64,000 bases of DNA from Lama guanicoe (lineage: Eukaryota), in contig MU055362.1 of NCBI GenBank assembly GCA_013239625.1, positions 1,875,430 to 1,939,429 of the forward strand, given 5' to 3'. This document shows positions 25,023 to 38,676 of this stretch, in pieces. The position numbers and the translations under genes were made by a program. Below the pieces are notes generated by a model. The model was given only the letters and a program-made list of their open reading frames with translations. It was not told the origin of the DNA and did not search any database. How positions within the stretch are numbered: the first letter of the stretch is position 1; every line of letters starts with the position of its first letter.

Positions 25023-26330
25023 GGAAATTAGGTACAAGGGTCCCTGTGTTGCCCACTTCAGTTCTGTATTGTTTGAATCTTTTGCCAGAGGAATATAATC
25101 TTGTCTCATTTATAGACTTAAAAATACTAATAAGGCAAAAAATATTACACAGACTGATCCCAAAATATCATCCTAACCAAGGCTGCACTACGCAAACTCT
25201 ATCATTTCAGCCCCCAACCATTGGACCACCGTTTCCAAAGTGACCACTGCAGGCTGGGCCTCACTCTTACCCAGAGCTCCTCACCCTCAGCACTACTGAC
25301 ATTTTGAGCCAGATGATTCTTTGTTGTGGGGACTGTCCTGTGCTCTGTAGGAACAATTAGCAGCATCCTGGCCTCTACCTTTTAGACGCCAATGGTACCT
25401 CTTCACTTATGACAACCAAAAATGTCCCACAATATTGCCAAATGTCCCCCAGGGGGAAAATCACCCTGGTTGAGAACTAATGTTTGCCCATTTTAGGAAA
25501 ATGAGTCAGTGGTTGCCACTTTCTTTTTAAGGGACTGCCAACTTTATGGGTCTTGCTTTGGGCAAAGCCACCATCAACCTGGGGCAGGGAGAAGGGTACT
25601 GAGAGCAGGAAGCTGGAGCGTGGTTCTTCCCAGTGTAGAGAGAGCACCCTGAGGAACGTTATCCTCTCCCTCCCAGTAAACATTCTGTCTCTCCCAAGAC
25701 GGTAAAGCACAATCCACAACATGTGGTTTGCCAAACAACCCTTGCCCACATCTGCTTCTGCTCCCCTACAATCTACCAAGAAAACGGCATCTCTTTCCCC
25801 CGGGTCCAATGCACTGACCACACAGTTCACAGTTACATCGTCTGTTCTGCCAGGAGAGGACATGAGGAGCGAAGCCACATCGGGTACTTTTGTGCAACTG
25901 TCAGAAATCAGGAGCGCCGAAAGATCATGTCTCTGGGAAAGGCTTGTATAGCCAACGCGGTGAAAGGGAGGACAAAGTTTCCATCATTAGAGAAGTTAAG
26001 AGTGTTCAGTCTCTCCCTCTCTCTCTTCCTTCTCTTTCTCTCTCTCACTAAGGGAAATTGAGCCAAGCTTGGGACTCCAGGCAGGAAACACTAAGAGCTT
26101 TCAGATGCAAAATCTCTGACCTGAGATGTGGTCCCTTGCAGAGGAGAGGCTGGCCTGTAGGCGAAAGCAGCCCAAGACTTAGGAAACGAAGCCGAAGAGT
26201 AACTGTTTTGCTCTTTTCACTCTTGTGTTGTTATAATCTTCTGCAGTAGGAATATCATCATGTCTCATTTGCAGATTTAAAAAAAATAGTAAGACCCCCA
26301 AAATTACAAAAATTGACCCCAAAATATCAT
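25023..26330 (+). repeat. Diverged 149-bp direct repeat pair (25023-25171 and 26182-26330)
   Basis: gapless manual alignment, 108/149 identical (~72%), offset 1159 bp. Confidence 0.8.
25272..25482. mobile_element. MER20 (hAT-Charlie) DNA transposon
   Basis: ctcagcactactgacattttgagccagat...ggactgtcctgtgc...gacaaccaaaaatgtc...attgccaaatgtcccc...ggttgagaac. Confidence 0.9.
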
Positions 26331-26369
26331 GGTTGCCCAACTGAAAGCTCTCCTAAGAACATCTTCAGG

Positions 26370-26500
26370 TCTTCTAGGTGTGACCTTGGGCAGAGTCTTA
26401 GCTTCCTTGGGTCTCCATCTCCTCATTTATGAAATGGAGATAATAACTCTACCTGCTCTATTGACCTCATAGGGTTATTCTAAGAAGCCAGTGAGATGAC
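26370..26500 (+). mobile_element. MIR SINE core
   Basis: tgtgaccttgggca...ctcctcatttatgaaatggagataata...cctcatagggttatt. Confidence 0.75.
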
Positions 26501-27259
26501 GTTGGTGTTGGGCATCAGACATTGTAAGGATCTAGACAAGATGCTATGGCCCCAGGACTCGACCCTCCAAAAGCCATAATCCTAAAAATCCCCATGGGAT
26601 GAAAATAAGAACAGCAGGAGAAACATGAAGATACATGGAGCATGTCCCATGGAACAGGAGCTAAGATTCCACAAAGATGTACAAGCTCCAATGTTGGCGC
26701 ATACTTCCGAGACCTCTCACAATTTGTCTCCCTTGACACACAGCACAGAAACCACTCATGTCAGAATGGGAAGGAAAGGGAGGGCAGAAAACCTTTCAGG
26801 AGACAAAATTTGGCTTCCACCTCATCCTTCTGTCTTAAGGGGCCCAACAGCCTGTGTCCTCTGTTGTCGTTCCAAAGCTACTGTCATGGAATCCTTAAAT
26901 TACCATGTTGAACCTCAAAACCCTCAAATGCGTAGCCCAGGTGGGATGTATATACACCACCTTTCCCCCTGTACAGCCTTAACACCCAGGTATTATTGTT
27001 GCATTCAAAGTGTGGAAGCAAGGTTATCCATCAGAGGTACCCTAATGTGATGAGTTAGCTGGGACGGTGCAGAGAAAGGCCGGCACCCCCACATCTGGTC
27101 CTCCAAGCCTGCTGTGCTCCGGCAGAGGATGGGGAAACTGCTGCTAGAAGGAAAGTGTTTCTAGATCTGCCTGCAGAGTAGCTTCCAAAGGATAGAACCT
27201 TCCCTTTCCGGAATAAGAAACTGAGACTCTATGATCTGACCAGATACTGGAGTAGTAAC

Positions 27260-27470
27260 AACTACCACTGCTATGACCAGCCACTGAGGTTCACACGTGC
27301 CAGGCACTGAGCTAGACGTTTTCATTTCATATTGCATCTAATCCTCCCTTAATAAACAAGCAGATGAGGACACAGGAGCCAAAGGACTGGCCCAAAGTAA
27401 CACCATTTTGCAAGTGGCAAAGCCAGGATTCAAACACAGGTCTGTCCAAAGCTTTAGCTTTAACCACAAC
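27260..27470 (-). mobile_element. MIR SINE
   Basis: gtgccaggcactgagcta...cagatgagga...gccaggattcaaacacaggtctgtccaaagc. Confidence 0.75.
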
Positions 27471-27769
27471 AAGCACTGCCTTCAAGCTGCCAAGCACTGT
27501 CTCTCCCCAGCAATCAGCTGTAGACTCTACAACTATGTCATATGATGATAAAGTCACAAAGCCCATCCCAAGCGGCTCACAGTCCACATGGGGTTGATTT
27601 CACTGTCCCTGATCCCTGATCCCTGGTCCTGACTCTTCTAAACTCTATTAAGGAGGGTAAAGCTCGAGGCTCTAGACCAGGTAACAAATGACCTTTCTGG
27701 AACAGCCTCCATTTGGTGCACCAAATAATTAACCCCAAAGTTAAGTTCATTTCCTGTTTAAAAATCTAA

Positions 27770-29030
27770 ACATGTTATAAGGAAAACCAAGAGTAAGTTC
27801 TTTGAAATCCTGAATGAAAAAGACAAACTCTTGGCAAAAAAAATTCAAGAAATGGGAAATACGTATGGTGACGGAGGCTAACTTGACTTAGGGTGATCAT
27901 TTCACAGTACATTCAAATAAATCATCATGCTGTAAACCTGAAACTAATACAATCTTCTACGTCAATTATACCTAAATTCTAAATTAAGTTACCTTCTAAA
28001 AAGAAACAGGAAGTAAAAAGAAAGCAGAACGGTAACAAATATCAGAAATGAGAGTGCAAATAAGGGGCATTCAAAACAATCAATGAAAATAACTGCACAT
28101 GACAATAAATTTGAGAATCAAGGTGAAATTAGTGGTTGTTAGGAAGATGTAAATTACCAAAACAAACTCAAGAAAAAGTAGGAGAACTGAACAACGGCCG
28201 TGGAATTACTGGGGGGGAAAAATTGTCAAACATCTCCCACTGCAATAGGAACCAGGCCCAAATGGTTTTGCCTATAAATTCTATCTGACCTTCAGAGGAC
28301 AGCTAATTCCTGTCCAGAAGAAGATGAAAAACCTTTCTAAATCATTTGGGAAGTAAACATAATCCTAACTAAAATACAAATTTTAAAGTACAAAGAAATC
28401 ACAGAACTACACTACTAGCAGTGTAAGTGGCAAAACCCTACGTAGTATATTAACAAGTTGACTTTAAAAGTATGTTTCTGAAGTACAGTGACCAAGTTGG
28501 GTTTATTACAGGGATTTTCATGACGACTTAAAATTCTAGGTTGGTTTAATGTCAGGAAGCCTATTGTTGTAATTCATTATATCAGCAGATTTAAGAAGAA
28601 GAACATCCATGTGCCAATTTTGATAGATGTCAGAAATCATTACATAAAAATTCTAAGTCAACTTGAAATAGGAAAAAATCCTAAATTTGATAGACTATTC
28701 ATGTACCCATAGAAAACATCATATTACACAAGGATATAATACTCAAGTTAAAAAAAGAAAAGATTTCAGTCTTGTGCTCAAGGTTCTAAAATTATTATTA
28801 ATAGGTTTTATTCCCAGAAATCCAAGTACCTCAACTAAAAAACTACTAGTACTAAAAGCATTCAGTAACACAACTGGATATAAGCTAAATATAACACAAA
28901 AAATCAAAGCTTTCCTTTTCCAAAACAATAATCAATTAGAAAACATAATGGGGTAGTAGCTCACTCTCCAAATATTAAAAAACATACAAAATGCTAAAGA
29001 ATAAAATTAATAAAACAAAGGCTTGTTATT
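27770..29030 (+). mobile_element. Ancient L1 ORF2 remnant with a younger L1 3' tail inserted at ~27860-28005
   Basis: motif remnants resembling KSWFFE..DKPLA (~27790-27835), GPNGF (28255-28269; cf. GPDGF) and DQVGFI (~28490-28507). Confidence 0.75.
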
Positions 29031-30610
29031 TAATAATCAACAGGATGACACAAATAATTTCTTCAAATGGTTTCTTGATTGCTTTTAACCTAACAAAATC
29101 ATCGGATTTTTGTGGCTGCAAGAGGCTTCAGAAATTGTCTAGTACAACTCCCTTATTTGCTGAAAATGAAACTGTTACACAGAGAGTTTGAACAATGTAT
29201 GTTCATAAAGCGTATAAGAAACTGAAAAAAAAAAACTGGAATCCAAATCCAGTCCATTGCTCCTCCCACTGTATTTTGCTGCTTTCACTAGAAGATTTGA
29301 AATGCCAACAAAATTATTCAAAATGCCCTTTGATTGAAGAAAAATAATTTGCAAAGGCCATGGAGATTAGAACAATATGTGATTGTTTTCTTATACACCT
29401 TAAATTGCCTTTGTGATAAAGGGTCTACAGGGCAGAACAAATGTATTATGTTCTTCTGTCACACCAAACTGTATGCAATTAGTACTTTTAGATAGTCATT
29501 ATGCCTTTTCTGAAACAATAAAACCTAGTGACCATGATGCCTGGTAGCAGATTGCAGTGCATCTCATCTGCAAGCTCCCCTGTGTGTCACTTTAAATCTG
29601 GCATGGTGTTGAAATTACAATGAAAAATGTTCTAAATTTAAAACTATCCACCTTCAACCATCTGGAGAAGCTCCTTTATTAAATTTGTTTCTAGCATTGG
29701 TAAAGTCTCATGATAATTCATTTTCAAGAGAAAAGAAATTTGTCCCTGGTTCATGAGCCTGGTCAGACAGCCTTTCCATCTTACATTTAATGACAACCTG
29801 AGAAACAGAGGGTGAAAGCTGCTGTGTCTCTCCCGGGCTGTCCTAAGACAGCAACCAGAAAGATGGAGATCACTCAGGGTCTCAGATGCGGTAAACAGTT
29901 AAAGGCAATTTACAAGTCAACGCTAGAAAGAACAATAAATCCAGGAAGAGACCAGCTATAAAACAAGCATGAGCTTGCGCTCTGTAATAACAAAATCCAA
30001 ACATTTTCTCACCTTCACCTTATGAAAGAAAGGATGTTGATAGTTTAAAAAGAAAAATGCTGCAGTTTCTGAAAGTTTAAATTTCAAACTTTCTGCTAAC
30101 CCAATATCTCTCCAGAAAAGTAAAACACACATCAGGGGCAGATTAAAAATTAGGACTCTAATCCAATCCATACCATTTTCTTTGGGGGAAATTGCATCTC
30201 TTTTTCTATGTGCAGTTGTTCAAAGGGTGAGATCTTTAAACACGTATGTTGAGCATCTGTTGATTTAGTCTCTCTTCCCTCATGTTTATGTTAAGAATAC
30301 CCCAAATTTCCCATGAGGAACTGCACCTCTCTAATTCTGAGCCATACAATTTAGGCAAAATTGACATCACCGCCACACTCCCTTTAGCAGTACAGCTAGA
30401 TCACCAGGAAGGGACATCTAGCTGCCATTCTCTTTAGGAAATCACTGCTCCTTGCAAAAACCACACAAGTTCCACAGGAAGATCTTCTATGTTAGAGAAA
30501 GCCACCTTTTCTGGACAGAAACTTTTCAAGCCAGATCAAAGTCAGGGTGTCTTCCCCCCACTCACAGGTCATCAACCACATCCGATCTCTGTTTCCACTA
30601 TCCCTCCTAC

Positions 30611-31231
30611 TGTTGTCAAACCCAAGTTTGTGTGTCTGATGCACAGTGAGCCCAAACAAACGTAAAAGTAGGAGTTTGGAGTGGAGAAAGATTTATTGCA
30701 GGGCCGAGCAGGGAGAACACGGCAACTCACGTTCTAAAGACTCAAACTCCCTAGTGGTTTTCAGGAAACAGTTTTTATAGGCAAAATTGGGGGGGGGGGT
30801 CCTGCAGGGTGTGTGACCTTCCTCTGATTGGTTGGTGGTGAGATACAGGGTGGTGTTCCAGGAATCTCAATCATCAGCCTTCTGGTTCCAACCAGTCTGG
30901 GATCCAAGGCTTATGCTCAGCCTGAAATTACCACCCTCCATCTGAGTGAGGGCCCTAATTCTTGTAGAAGAACTCAGATATGTATCAGATTGTCATGGGC
31001 ATCCCTTGAAGAGGAACCAAGACTCTGCCCCATCGCTACACTATTTCTCAACTGTCTTTCCTTTGTTTCTGCATTCCCTCTCTCCTCCAATTAGTGACTG
31101 TTTGAATCTGCCCTTTGGAACTCAGGGAAGGTCTAGGAGTCTGAAATCTTTTTCCTGCAAGCAAGAAATGGGGGACATGGAATGACTTTTTTTTACCCAG
31201 GAGGGCCCCCGCAGGGTCCTGCTCAGTTTCA
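30611..31231 (-). mobile_element. ERV1-class solo LTR (same family as 59312-59940)
   Basis: TGT...TTTCA ends, tttattgc (reversed poly(A) signal), ctgattgg, terminal gcagggtcctgctcagtttca shared with the 59940 copy. Confidence 0.85.
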
Positions 31232-31974
31232 ATCCTCTCTTTTCTTTGATATGCCTTAATCATGAGGGGAACAGGTGCTGGACGAGAAAGGCAATAACAT
31301 TCTGGATGGAGACGTCAATCATAAACTCAACAGGGGCACTCAGTCTTAGAGGGAACTTGGTTTTAGAGGGACTCGGTTTCACTCCCTGTCCCAATTCAGG
31401 AAGAATCAGACATAGAGAAAGGAGAAGACTAGACTTCACCAGCACATTATGTCCCCAGCCCCACTACACTGCAGGTCCCTGAGCCACAGGATGGAGGACG
31501 GGGAAGAGCTAAAATCAACTGTAGATTAAAGTTCTAACCAGGACCAGACTAAGTTGAAAGTAAGTAAAGTTAAGGAATTTGCCCAAGACTTTATTAAAGG
31601 GCAGGAAAGAAGAAACTGACAAGGAATGGCTAGAGGCAGCGACTGAAAGAAATCAGAATTGCTAGTTTATATCCCCACTGATTTAGACAAGTAACAGATT
31701 TTTTTTTTATTCTAACAATAAAACCATGATAGCACAAGAAAACAAGAAAGGCCTTCAAAAGGCTATACATTTGTTTTTTTAAATCCCAGGAAGATAGCAG
31801 ATGGAGTTACAGCAGTAAAAATCAGAACTAAGAACATCCACCCCAAGAGTCCTGAGACAAGTGAGGCTCATCTCAAGAGCCTTAGAGAATTCCAAAGGGG
31901 AGAAAAGAAAAACCAAGTGCAGCAGTTGGCCGGGGGAGCCATGATCAGGGAGATTTATTAAAGAACTGCATTCA

Positions 31975-33125
31975 GAATCTCAGTGACAGAAAGCTAATCT
32001 TTACTTGCCTGAAGCTGTTGAAGGAGTGTGGGGTTTGATTGCAAAGAGACACAAGGGAATTTGGGGAGTGATGAAAACATTCTGTACCTTGATTGGGATG
32101 GTGGTTACATGCACACCTCAAATGGGTGTTTTTTATTATATGGAAACTATAACTTAGGTGTAAATAAACAAAGACCAACCAAATGAGAAAAGCAAAGACC
32201 ATCCATTCAGAGCTAGCTGTTGCAAGGGAGCCAGCCACCATCACTCGCCTTTGGCAGAGACTCAAAGGCAGGCATGTGGGTGGGAAAGCTTTATAGTGGG
32301 AAAAAGAGAAGACTTCAGGTGTGAGCTGATTGGAGGCTGTTAGACTGGGGAAGCTGGAGGTGGACACCTGGGGTGGGACAATCCATGTGGTTGGTTATGG
32401 GTGAATATTTGGCTTTTTCCGGATGGTCCCAAATTGGAAGGAGGGACAAAAAATTAGGAAAGCTGTCCGTTATTGGTCAAGTCCTGGCCAACTGCTGTAG
32501 AAGTTATTGTTTAGTTTCTTGGATTGTCACTGGAGGTAGCAATCTGGCTTTCTGTAACTCTGACTCATAGTGGCTGGCTTCCTGGGCTGTTTGCTGTAGG
32601 TAAGGGCTTGGTTTCCCGGGCAGGTTGCTGTCGGCTGTGGATCAAAGTTCTCTTTTAAGTACAGGGTCTGGCCATTGTCTATATGTATATTCAGTTTCTC
32701 ACTCAGTAAAGCTGATTTTTTAAAAAAAGAGATGAAGAGATGTATTAACCACCTGAAAGGATGGATCTTCCTTGGATCCTGATTCAAAGAGTTTAGGAAA
32801 AGAAATAATTTAAAGGACAAGTTGGAAAATATGAACATTTTCTGGGTATTTTATGACTTCAGGGCATTAATGCTGATTTGGGGCAATGACAGTATTACAA
32901 CATTTAAAAGGGAGAGTTCTTATCTCTTAGAGATTCAAACTAAAATGTTTACAAGTGAAATTATATAATGTCTGGGACTTGCTTCAAAATCATACATGGG
33001 ATAGGTTAGCGAAAGTGGATTAAAGGATATGAGATTGATCACAATAATTGGGTGACAGAAGAGGCTGATTTTACACTTCCTTTTACTTTTTTGGATGTTT
33101 GAAATTCTTCATATTAAAAACTTCA
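31975..33125 (+). mobile_element. L1M 3' UTR fragments (31975-32158, 32702-33125) flanking an LTR
   Basis: gtgatgaaaacattctgtaccttgattg...; ttggatcctgattcaaa...cttatctcttagagat...gtctgggacttgcttcaaaat. Confidence 0.7.
32159..32701 (-). mobile_element. MER89-like ERV1 solo LTR
   Basis: reverse start tgagaaactgaatatacat...caatggccagacc...gaactttgatccacagc; inserted in an L1 tail with approximate TSD cttag/ctcag. Confidence 0.7.
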
Positions 33126-33477
33126 AAATGGGCACACACATAGAAAATCAAAAGAAAATTCAACAACATATTAAATTGCTGATGGTTTTTAAAATTAGTC
33201 ATTGGTGATTTCCATTTTTTTCTCCATACTTTTCTATATTATTAAACATTTTTTAGGAACTGAACGCTTTAGGTGTTTTGGGTTTTTTTTTGTTTAATGT
33301 CACCCATCCTTCAAGAGCTAACTCCAGTCCTCTCTCCTCCAAGAATCTTCCCTGACCCTTTCTACCAAAGTTTTGCTTCCTCCACTGAGCACCTGAGAAA
33401 CTTACCACTTTCTCTTCTCATTAGCAGTTGCCATCTGTTATCTTTGGGTATTTATTTTACATATATTGATTATTTCA

Positions 33478-34044
33478 ATTTGAGAGGTCCCCAAGACCAT
33501 CCTCGGGCTTAATTTTTCATTACTAGGACTCATAAAACTCAAAAAAGTCATTACACTCAACAGTTACAGTTATTACAGTAAAGATTCAGATTAAAATCAC
33601 CCAATAAAAAAGGCTCATAGCAGAGAGTCCAGGAGAGACCAGGCATGAGCTTCCAGTTGTCATATCCCAGTGGAATCGTGTGGACAAAGCTTACTGCTTC
33701 CAGCAACAATGTGCAGCGAGACACACAGAGTGCTGGCAACCAGGAAAGCTCACCCTGACCTTGGCAACCAAGGTTTTTATTGGCACTTGGTCATGTAGGC
33801 ATGGCTGACCACCTGTCTGGCTGACCTTAGTCTCTAGCCCCTCCAGATGTCAGGCTGATACCTGCGGCCCAAGGCCCCTGCCATAAACCATACTGTTAGC
33901 ATAGACTATTTGGCATGACCCAAGGGTCCCAAATAAACAAAGACCCTCTTACCAGGCAAGATATTCTAAAGGCTTGGAGATTACCTCCCAGGTACAAGGC
34001 AAGGGCCAAACCTTGCTCTGGGCAAGGTTAATCCCTTACTGTAT
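33478..34044 (-). mobile_element. MER77-like LTR
   Basis: ggtccccaagacca...ggactcataaaactca...gagtccaggagagaccaggcatgagcttccag...ctctgggcaaggttaatcccttactg. Confidence 0.75.
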
Positions 34045-34335
34045 AATTGTCTTCTCATTTAGATTTCCAAGTCCTTTCAAACAACAATATGGTAAACTTC
34101 CGGATATTCCTATTATTTGGCATGTGTTTTGCACAAAGAAGAAAAATGTTTACCATTAAGGCTTCCTGAGATAGGACTGATTAAAAGGCTATTGGAAGTT
34201 GAAAATTCAACAGAGTTAAAGCTTCCTCCAACAGAAATGGGTTTGATGATGACAAAATCTGTGAGAATCAGAAGGAAACGGCTCAGATTACTGAGTGAGA
34301 AGGAACTGGGGATAATAATTCAAAAGGCAGTAGAA

Positions 34336-34520
34336 CAGTACTATTTGAAGTGAGGTCTGCAGATCATCAGCATAAGAACCACCTGGAAGTTCATCAGAAG
34401 TACAAATGCCCGGGCCCCACTCCAGGCCACTCAGAATGGGTGGGGTAAGGCCAGGAATTTGTGATTTAACAAGCTCTCTAGGTGATTCTTATCTACACTG
34501 GTATTTGAGAAGCGCCAGTG
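34336..34520. mobile_element. MER5 (hAT-Charlie)
   Basis: cagcataagaaccacctgg...gggccccactccag...tttaacaagctctctaggtgattctta...tttgagaa. Confidence 0.8.
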
Positions 34521-35489
34521 TAGAGAACAGTCATGTTTTCCTGACATTCTCCATGGGAGGGAGCAGAAGGACACACCTGTGAAATAGAACTGAGGAGGGT
34601 CCGAGAGGAACCCACCAAGGAGATGACTGGATGGTTGGATTCATGGTCACAGCAGTCACTGGGACAAAGAGGAGCTTGTGAGGGTCACAGCTCCAAGGCC
34701 CAGCTTCACTGAGATACTTGGAGCCCATAGAGCTAAGCAAGATGCTAACCCTCCTGGGAAAGATCCGACTACAGGGATTTGTCTGCAAGAACAGAGACTG
34801 TGTCTAGGTCTTTTAGCTTCCAGAATGAACCATGTTGCCCAGTAACCCTAAGGGGCCCTCTGCTACCTCCCACAAGTAACAAACTGGGCTCCTGCCTGGT
34901 ATAACACTCTGATCTCTGAAACCATCAACAGGACACAAATCCAGGATCTAACTGATAAATAAACGTAATGGTATTTATGAAAAAGTAAGGTGCAGTGTTT
35001 AATAAATGTTAAACCACTATTTGGCCTGAACCACACTATTGAGTTTAACAGCTCTGTTTTCTCTCTCTTTAAGTTCAGTTTCTCATTTGTACACAGTTTA
35101 TTAGGAAAGATGGACAGGAACAGGGAAATTTCCATAACAATGATCTTCTCTCACACTGAAGACACTCAATCAGTGAGCTGACAACATAATGGGCTGCTCA
35201 TTAGATCCTTCAAGAATAAGTTCCAGCCAAGTGAGGGGGCTCTGCCTGAGCCTGAAATCAGGGAAACCACAGAGAAAGATGTGAAAAAAGCCCAGAGGCT
35301 GCAGCAGATCCTCTTATAAAGGAACTGTCTGGGTGATGTACTTGGCATTTTGCAGAAGATTATCTTTGCAAGCATAACAAGTTTCTTGTAGGATTACTTT
35401 ATACAAAGACAAGTGAATAATGAATTTGGTGCTTTGCTAGGTAGCCTAAAAAAACATATGTTCAAAAGATATAAATGGTGTAAAGAGGA

Positions 35490-35910
35490 AGTATCAGTAA
35501 ATTATTGCTGAATAAACAAATCTCAAAATTCAATGGCTTAAACAATGATCGGCTATTATTTGCTTATGCACCTGGGCATCCAGGATGACTACTCTAGTCT
35601 GCATTTAGCTGGGATGGCTCTGCCTCACATGTCGCTCATGTTCCCTGGACTAGTTGGCCAGCCCAGGCAGTCTTCTCTTTGGCCAAGGCCAAAGAGGTCA
35701 AGTGGAAACCCAAAGATCACCTGGCCTGGGCTCAGTTCTGACACTGTCACTTCCACCTCATTCTCTTGGCCAAACCAAAGCGCATAGCTAAACCCAAAGT
35801 TGAAGAGCAAGGAAATGTGTCACACCTTCAGGGAAGAAATTCAAGGTCACATGGCAGAGGGTGTGGATAAAGGTGAGGCAAGAGTTGGGGTCAATAACGT
35901 AATCTACCCA
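35490..35910 (-). mobile_element. Old MLT1 LTR
   Basis: ctcaaaattcaatggcttaaacaa...tgtcacttccacctcattctcttggccaaa...ggtcacatggcagagggtgtgga. Confidence 0.65.
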
Positions 35911-36249
35911 AGGAAAAATGCATTTTTCCCATAATGCATATTTACTGAAATTTCCCCCTAAGATTGCACTTGATACTTTGATTTTTTTTAAATTATGAAA
36001 CCATTAATTTAAAGATGACAGGAATGGATATGGCTCTAAACTACCTTTTTAGCCTCATCTCCTTGAATTCTCTGGCTTGCACAAATCTTCCACTGGAACC
36101 CAAATGGCCAAATTACTGGTTTCCAAATATACCCTATAATTTTACACCTTCTTGCCTCTACTCAGAACAGTGATTCTCAAAGTGTGGCTAGCAGCATCAG
36201 CTCCTGGAAATTGGTTAGAAATGCAAATTCTACGCCTTTATCCATGACT

Positions 36250-36730
36250 TGTTACCAATCCCCAACGGGTAGGTGACCCCTCAATGGATCCTTTGCCTGG
36301 AGTCACAAATGCCAAGCCAACACCACCAGGTTCAGTACAGCAGAGCAGAAACTTTACTCATTGATTAAAGAATGGAGAGGGGTGGGTGGGGCTTGTGCCT
36401 AAAAACACCTTCCCCCCAAAGGGAGGGGAGTAATGACAATTTTAAGGGGTAGGAGGCAGACGACATTAGGCCTCTGGGAAAGGGGTGGAGATTTTCTGGG
36501 GCATCTGAGGGCAGCTGGGACATGCACACCACACAGTCTTCCACACTTCTTTACACATGGCACAAACTGTGCCTAGCAGAGTACAAATCCCACCTTGGGT
36601 GGAGATCTCAGACAGTAATAAAGCAAAGGTAACTTCCAGACACCTCCACGCCCCATCTGCACAGGCACGTTCCTGTGGTCAAGTCAGAGCTGGTCTGGGG
36701 CAGGTGACCCACAGCATAGCTCTCAAAGAC
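36250..36730 (-). mobile_element. ERV LTR (family of 5715-6215)
   Basis: TGTTACC start and block identity with the 5715 copy; follows a MER5 half-element (36167-36240). Confidence 0.75.
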
Positions 36731-36889
36731 TGTCTCTCCACTTCTAAACCCTCATAGCCTTTATTACACGTCCTATCTGTCATTATCAGTTACTTTTTCA
36801 TATTTCTCTCCTCTAACTCCCCAGCCCAACTGTAGATACTGGTCAGCAGGCCATTTATCATGGAATTTAGAGTTGGGGGACCCAGGTCC

Positions 36890-37393
36890 TGTGAATGAAA
36901 AATATTGCCAGCCATGTCAGTAAACAAAGAACGCTGTGGCCATCAAATCATCCGCCGCCGCCGCCACCCTGCTTACCGTGAGTGCAGGAAACTCAGGATG
37001 CAGAGGAGCAGGCAGCCCGCCTCTGCAGCTGCCCCCAGCAGTGCACCCTGAGGGAATTCAGGAAGTGAAAGAACAGGATACTGGCCCTAGACAGCTAAGA
37101 GCTTATCAAAGGAATGATTTCCATGAGCCAGAACTTTGCACCTTCCCATACAAAGAAAGGCGCTAAATTCCTTAACTTGAGCCATCTGGTTTCCTTTAAT
37201 TAACAGTAATCTTTTGATGCTTCAACCTGGTCTTTGTAACAAAAACTCCTATATCCTGGCTTCTACTTTGCCACTTTGGGACAGCTTCTCAGAGAGATCT
37301 GAGATGCTGTGTCTCGGGCTCGAGTCCTAATAAAATCCACTGAATAAAACATAACTCTTAGCTTTTAGGTTGTGCATTTTATTTCAGTCAGAA
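36890..37393 (+). mobile_element. Cetartiodactyl-type ERV1 solo LTR inserted in a MIR
   Basis: TG start, internal U3 duplication (..tgag..gaa.tcagga..), cctatat, AATAAA signals ~37329 and ~37343, U5 tttaggttgtgcatttt...gtca; MIR halves on both sides. Confidence 0.8.
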
Positions 37394-38676
37394 GTTCCCA
37401 CCCCAGCTATGCCCCTTACTGAGTGCCTGGCCTGGGTCAGGTGACTCAACTTCTCTGAACTTCAGTTTCCTCACAGAAACCTGGGATTGCTAACACCCAC
37501 TCACTCCACGGTGCTGACACAAACATGGAAATAAGCTACTAAATATGAAGTGCTCGGCCCAGTGGCTGTCCCACAGCACCAAGAGCACAAGCGCCAGTAC
37601 TTAGGCTCCTGCATCTTTCAGGCCTGACCCCAGTGCAGCTGGACACACTGAACCACTTGTTAAACATTAGCCCTGTTTTAAATACCAACAGGATTTCATT
37701 CTCTGGACTCTGTCTCTCCTGAGGAGTTCACAGTTATCACATGCCACGCATTATTCGTCCTCACTACCTTATTTGGTCACAAGAGTTGAGTTCTGAAGGA
37801 GAGCTGAGGCCTTAGGATATCACAGCTGGTGAGCTCACTCCAATCCGCGTGTGCCTGTCGGAGAAATATGAAGCAGAGACGTTAACAAGATCCAAGCCTC
37901 TTTGTGGACGTTGTCTCCTGGCCTTGCACCTTCTTTCACATGGGTTCACAAGAAGCAGCAAGCTTCTTCCTCAATTTAAGAAGGGTGGGGCACTGGACGA
38001 ATATTCAGTTGTCACATCAGTGCCACATGAGGTCACAGTGATTCCCCACTTTGGCATGAACTGAATGTTAATGATCCCAGCTAAGATAATCCCCACCAAA
38101 GAAAGACAAAGATCTAGAGCTTTCTGAGCTGACTCCCAGGCCACTGATACCGTTAAGCATTGTCATTCCGTACCTTCGGCTGATTTGACTTCTTCATGAA
38201 TGCCCCAGAGGTTCAAGTTGAATAGATGGTGACTCCTCCAAACAGACAAGGAGAATTAAAATGGCCCTAATTACAAAGGAATTTGAATTTGTTGCACCTA
38301 GGAATTTAGAGACGTAAGCTCTGGTTAAAACCATTACGGAGATAAGATTTGTGAATTTAACCATAATTACTTTCATTCCATTCTAAAGAAGTGCTAATTA
38401 TGAAGGTAGATTTTTGTAAAGAAATCATTATATGTGGGGAAAAAAAGGTTTAATCACTATGCATTTGGAGACAAAGGATTCATTTGCTGACAGATAATAC
38501 AGGTGCCAGGACTGAGTTTCTAGGAAACAACATAATTCTACTTTTTAAAAAATGTATTATGGCAGTTCTGTAGAAATGTTTACACCTTTTTGAAGAATGT
38601 TCAGACACTTGGAATTGCAAGCACCAGAAAAGGAGATGGTAATCAGTTTTTCATTTCCAAAGATGTAGGTTGGAGG

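Noticed and set aside
27604-27632. Short tandem (TCCCTGA)n
   Set aside because: Only 3-4 degenerate units; ordinary slippage.
5896-36757. Similar peptides in ORFs 5896-6123 (VPSRIQIPSWVEI..AKVT) and 36557-36757 (VPSRVQIPPWVEI..AKVT), suggesting a small gene family
   Set aside because: Both lie in copies of the same LTR family; nucleotide similarity extends beyond the ORFs and their starts and frames are not conserved.
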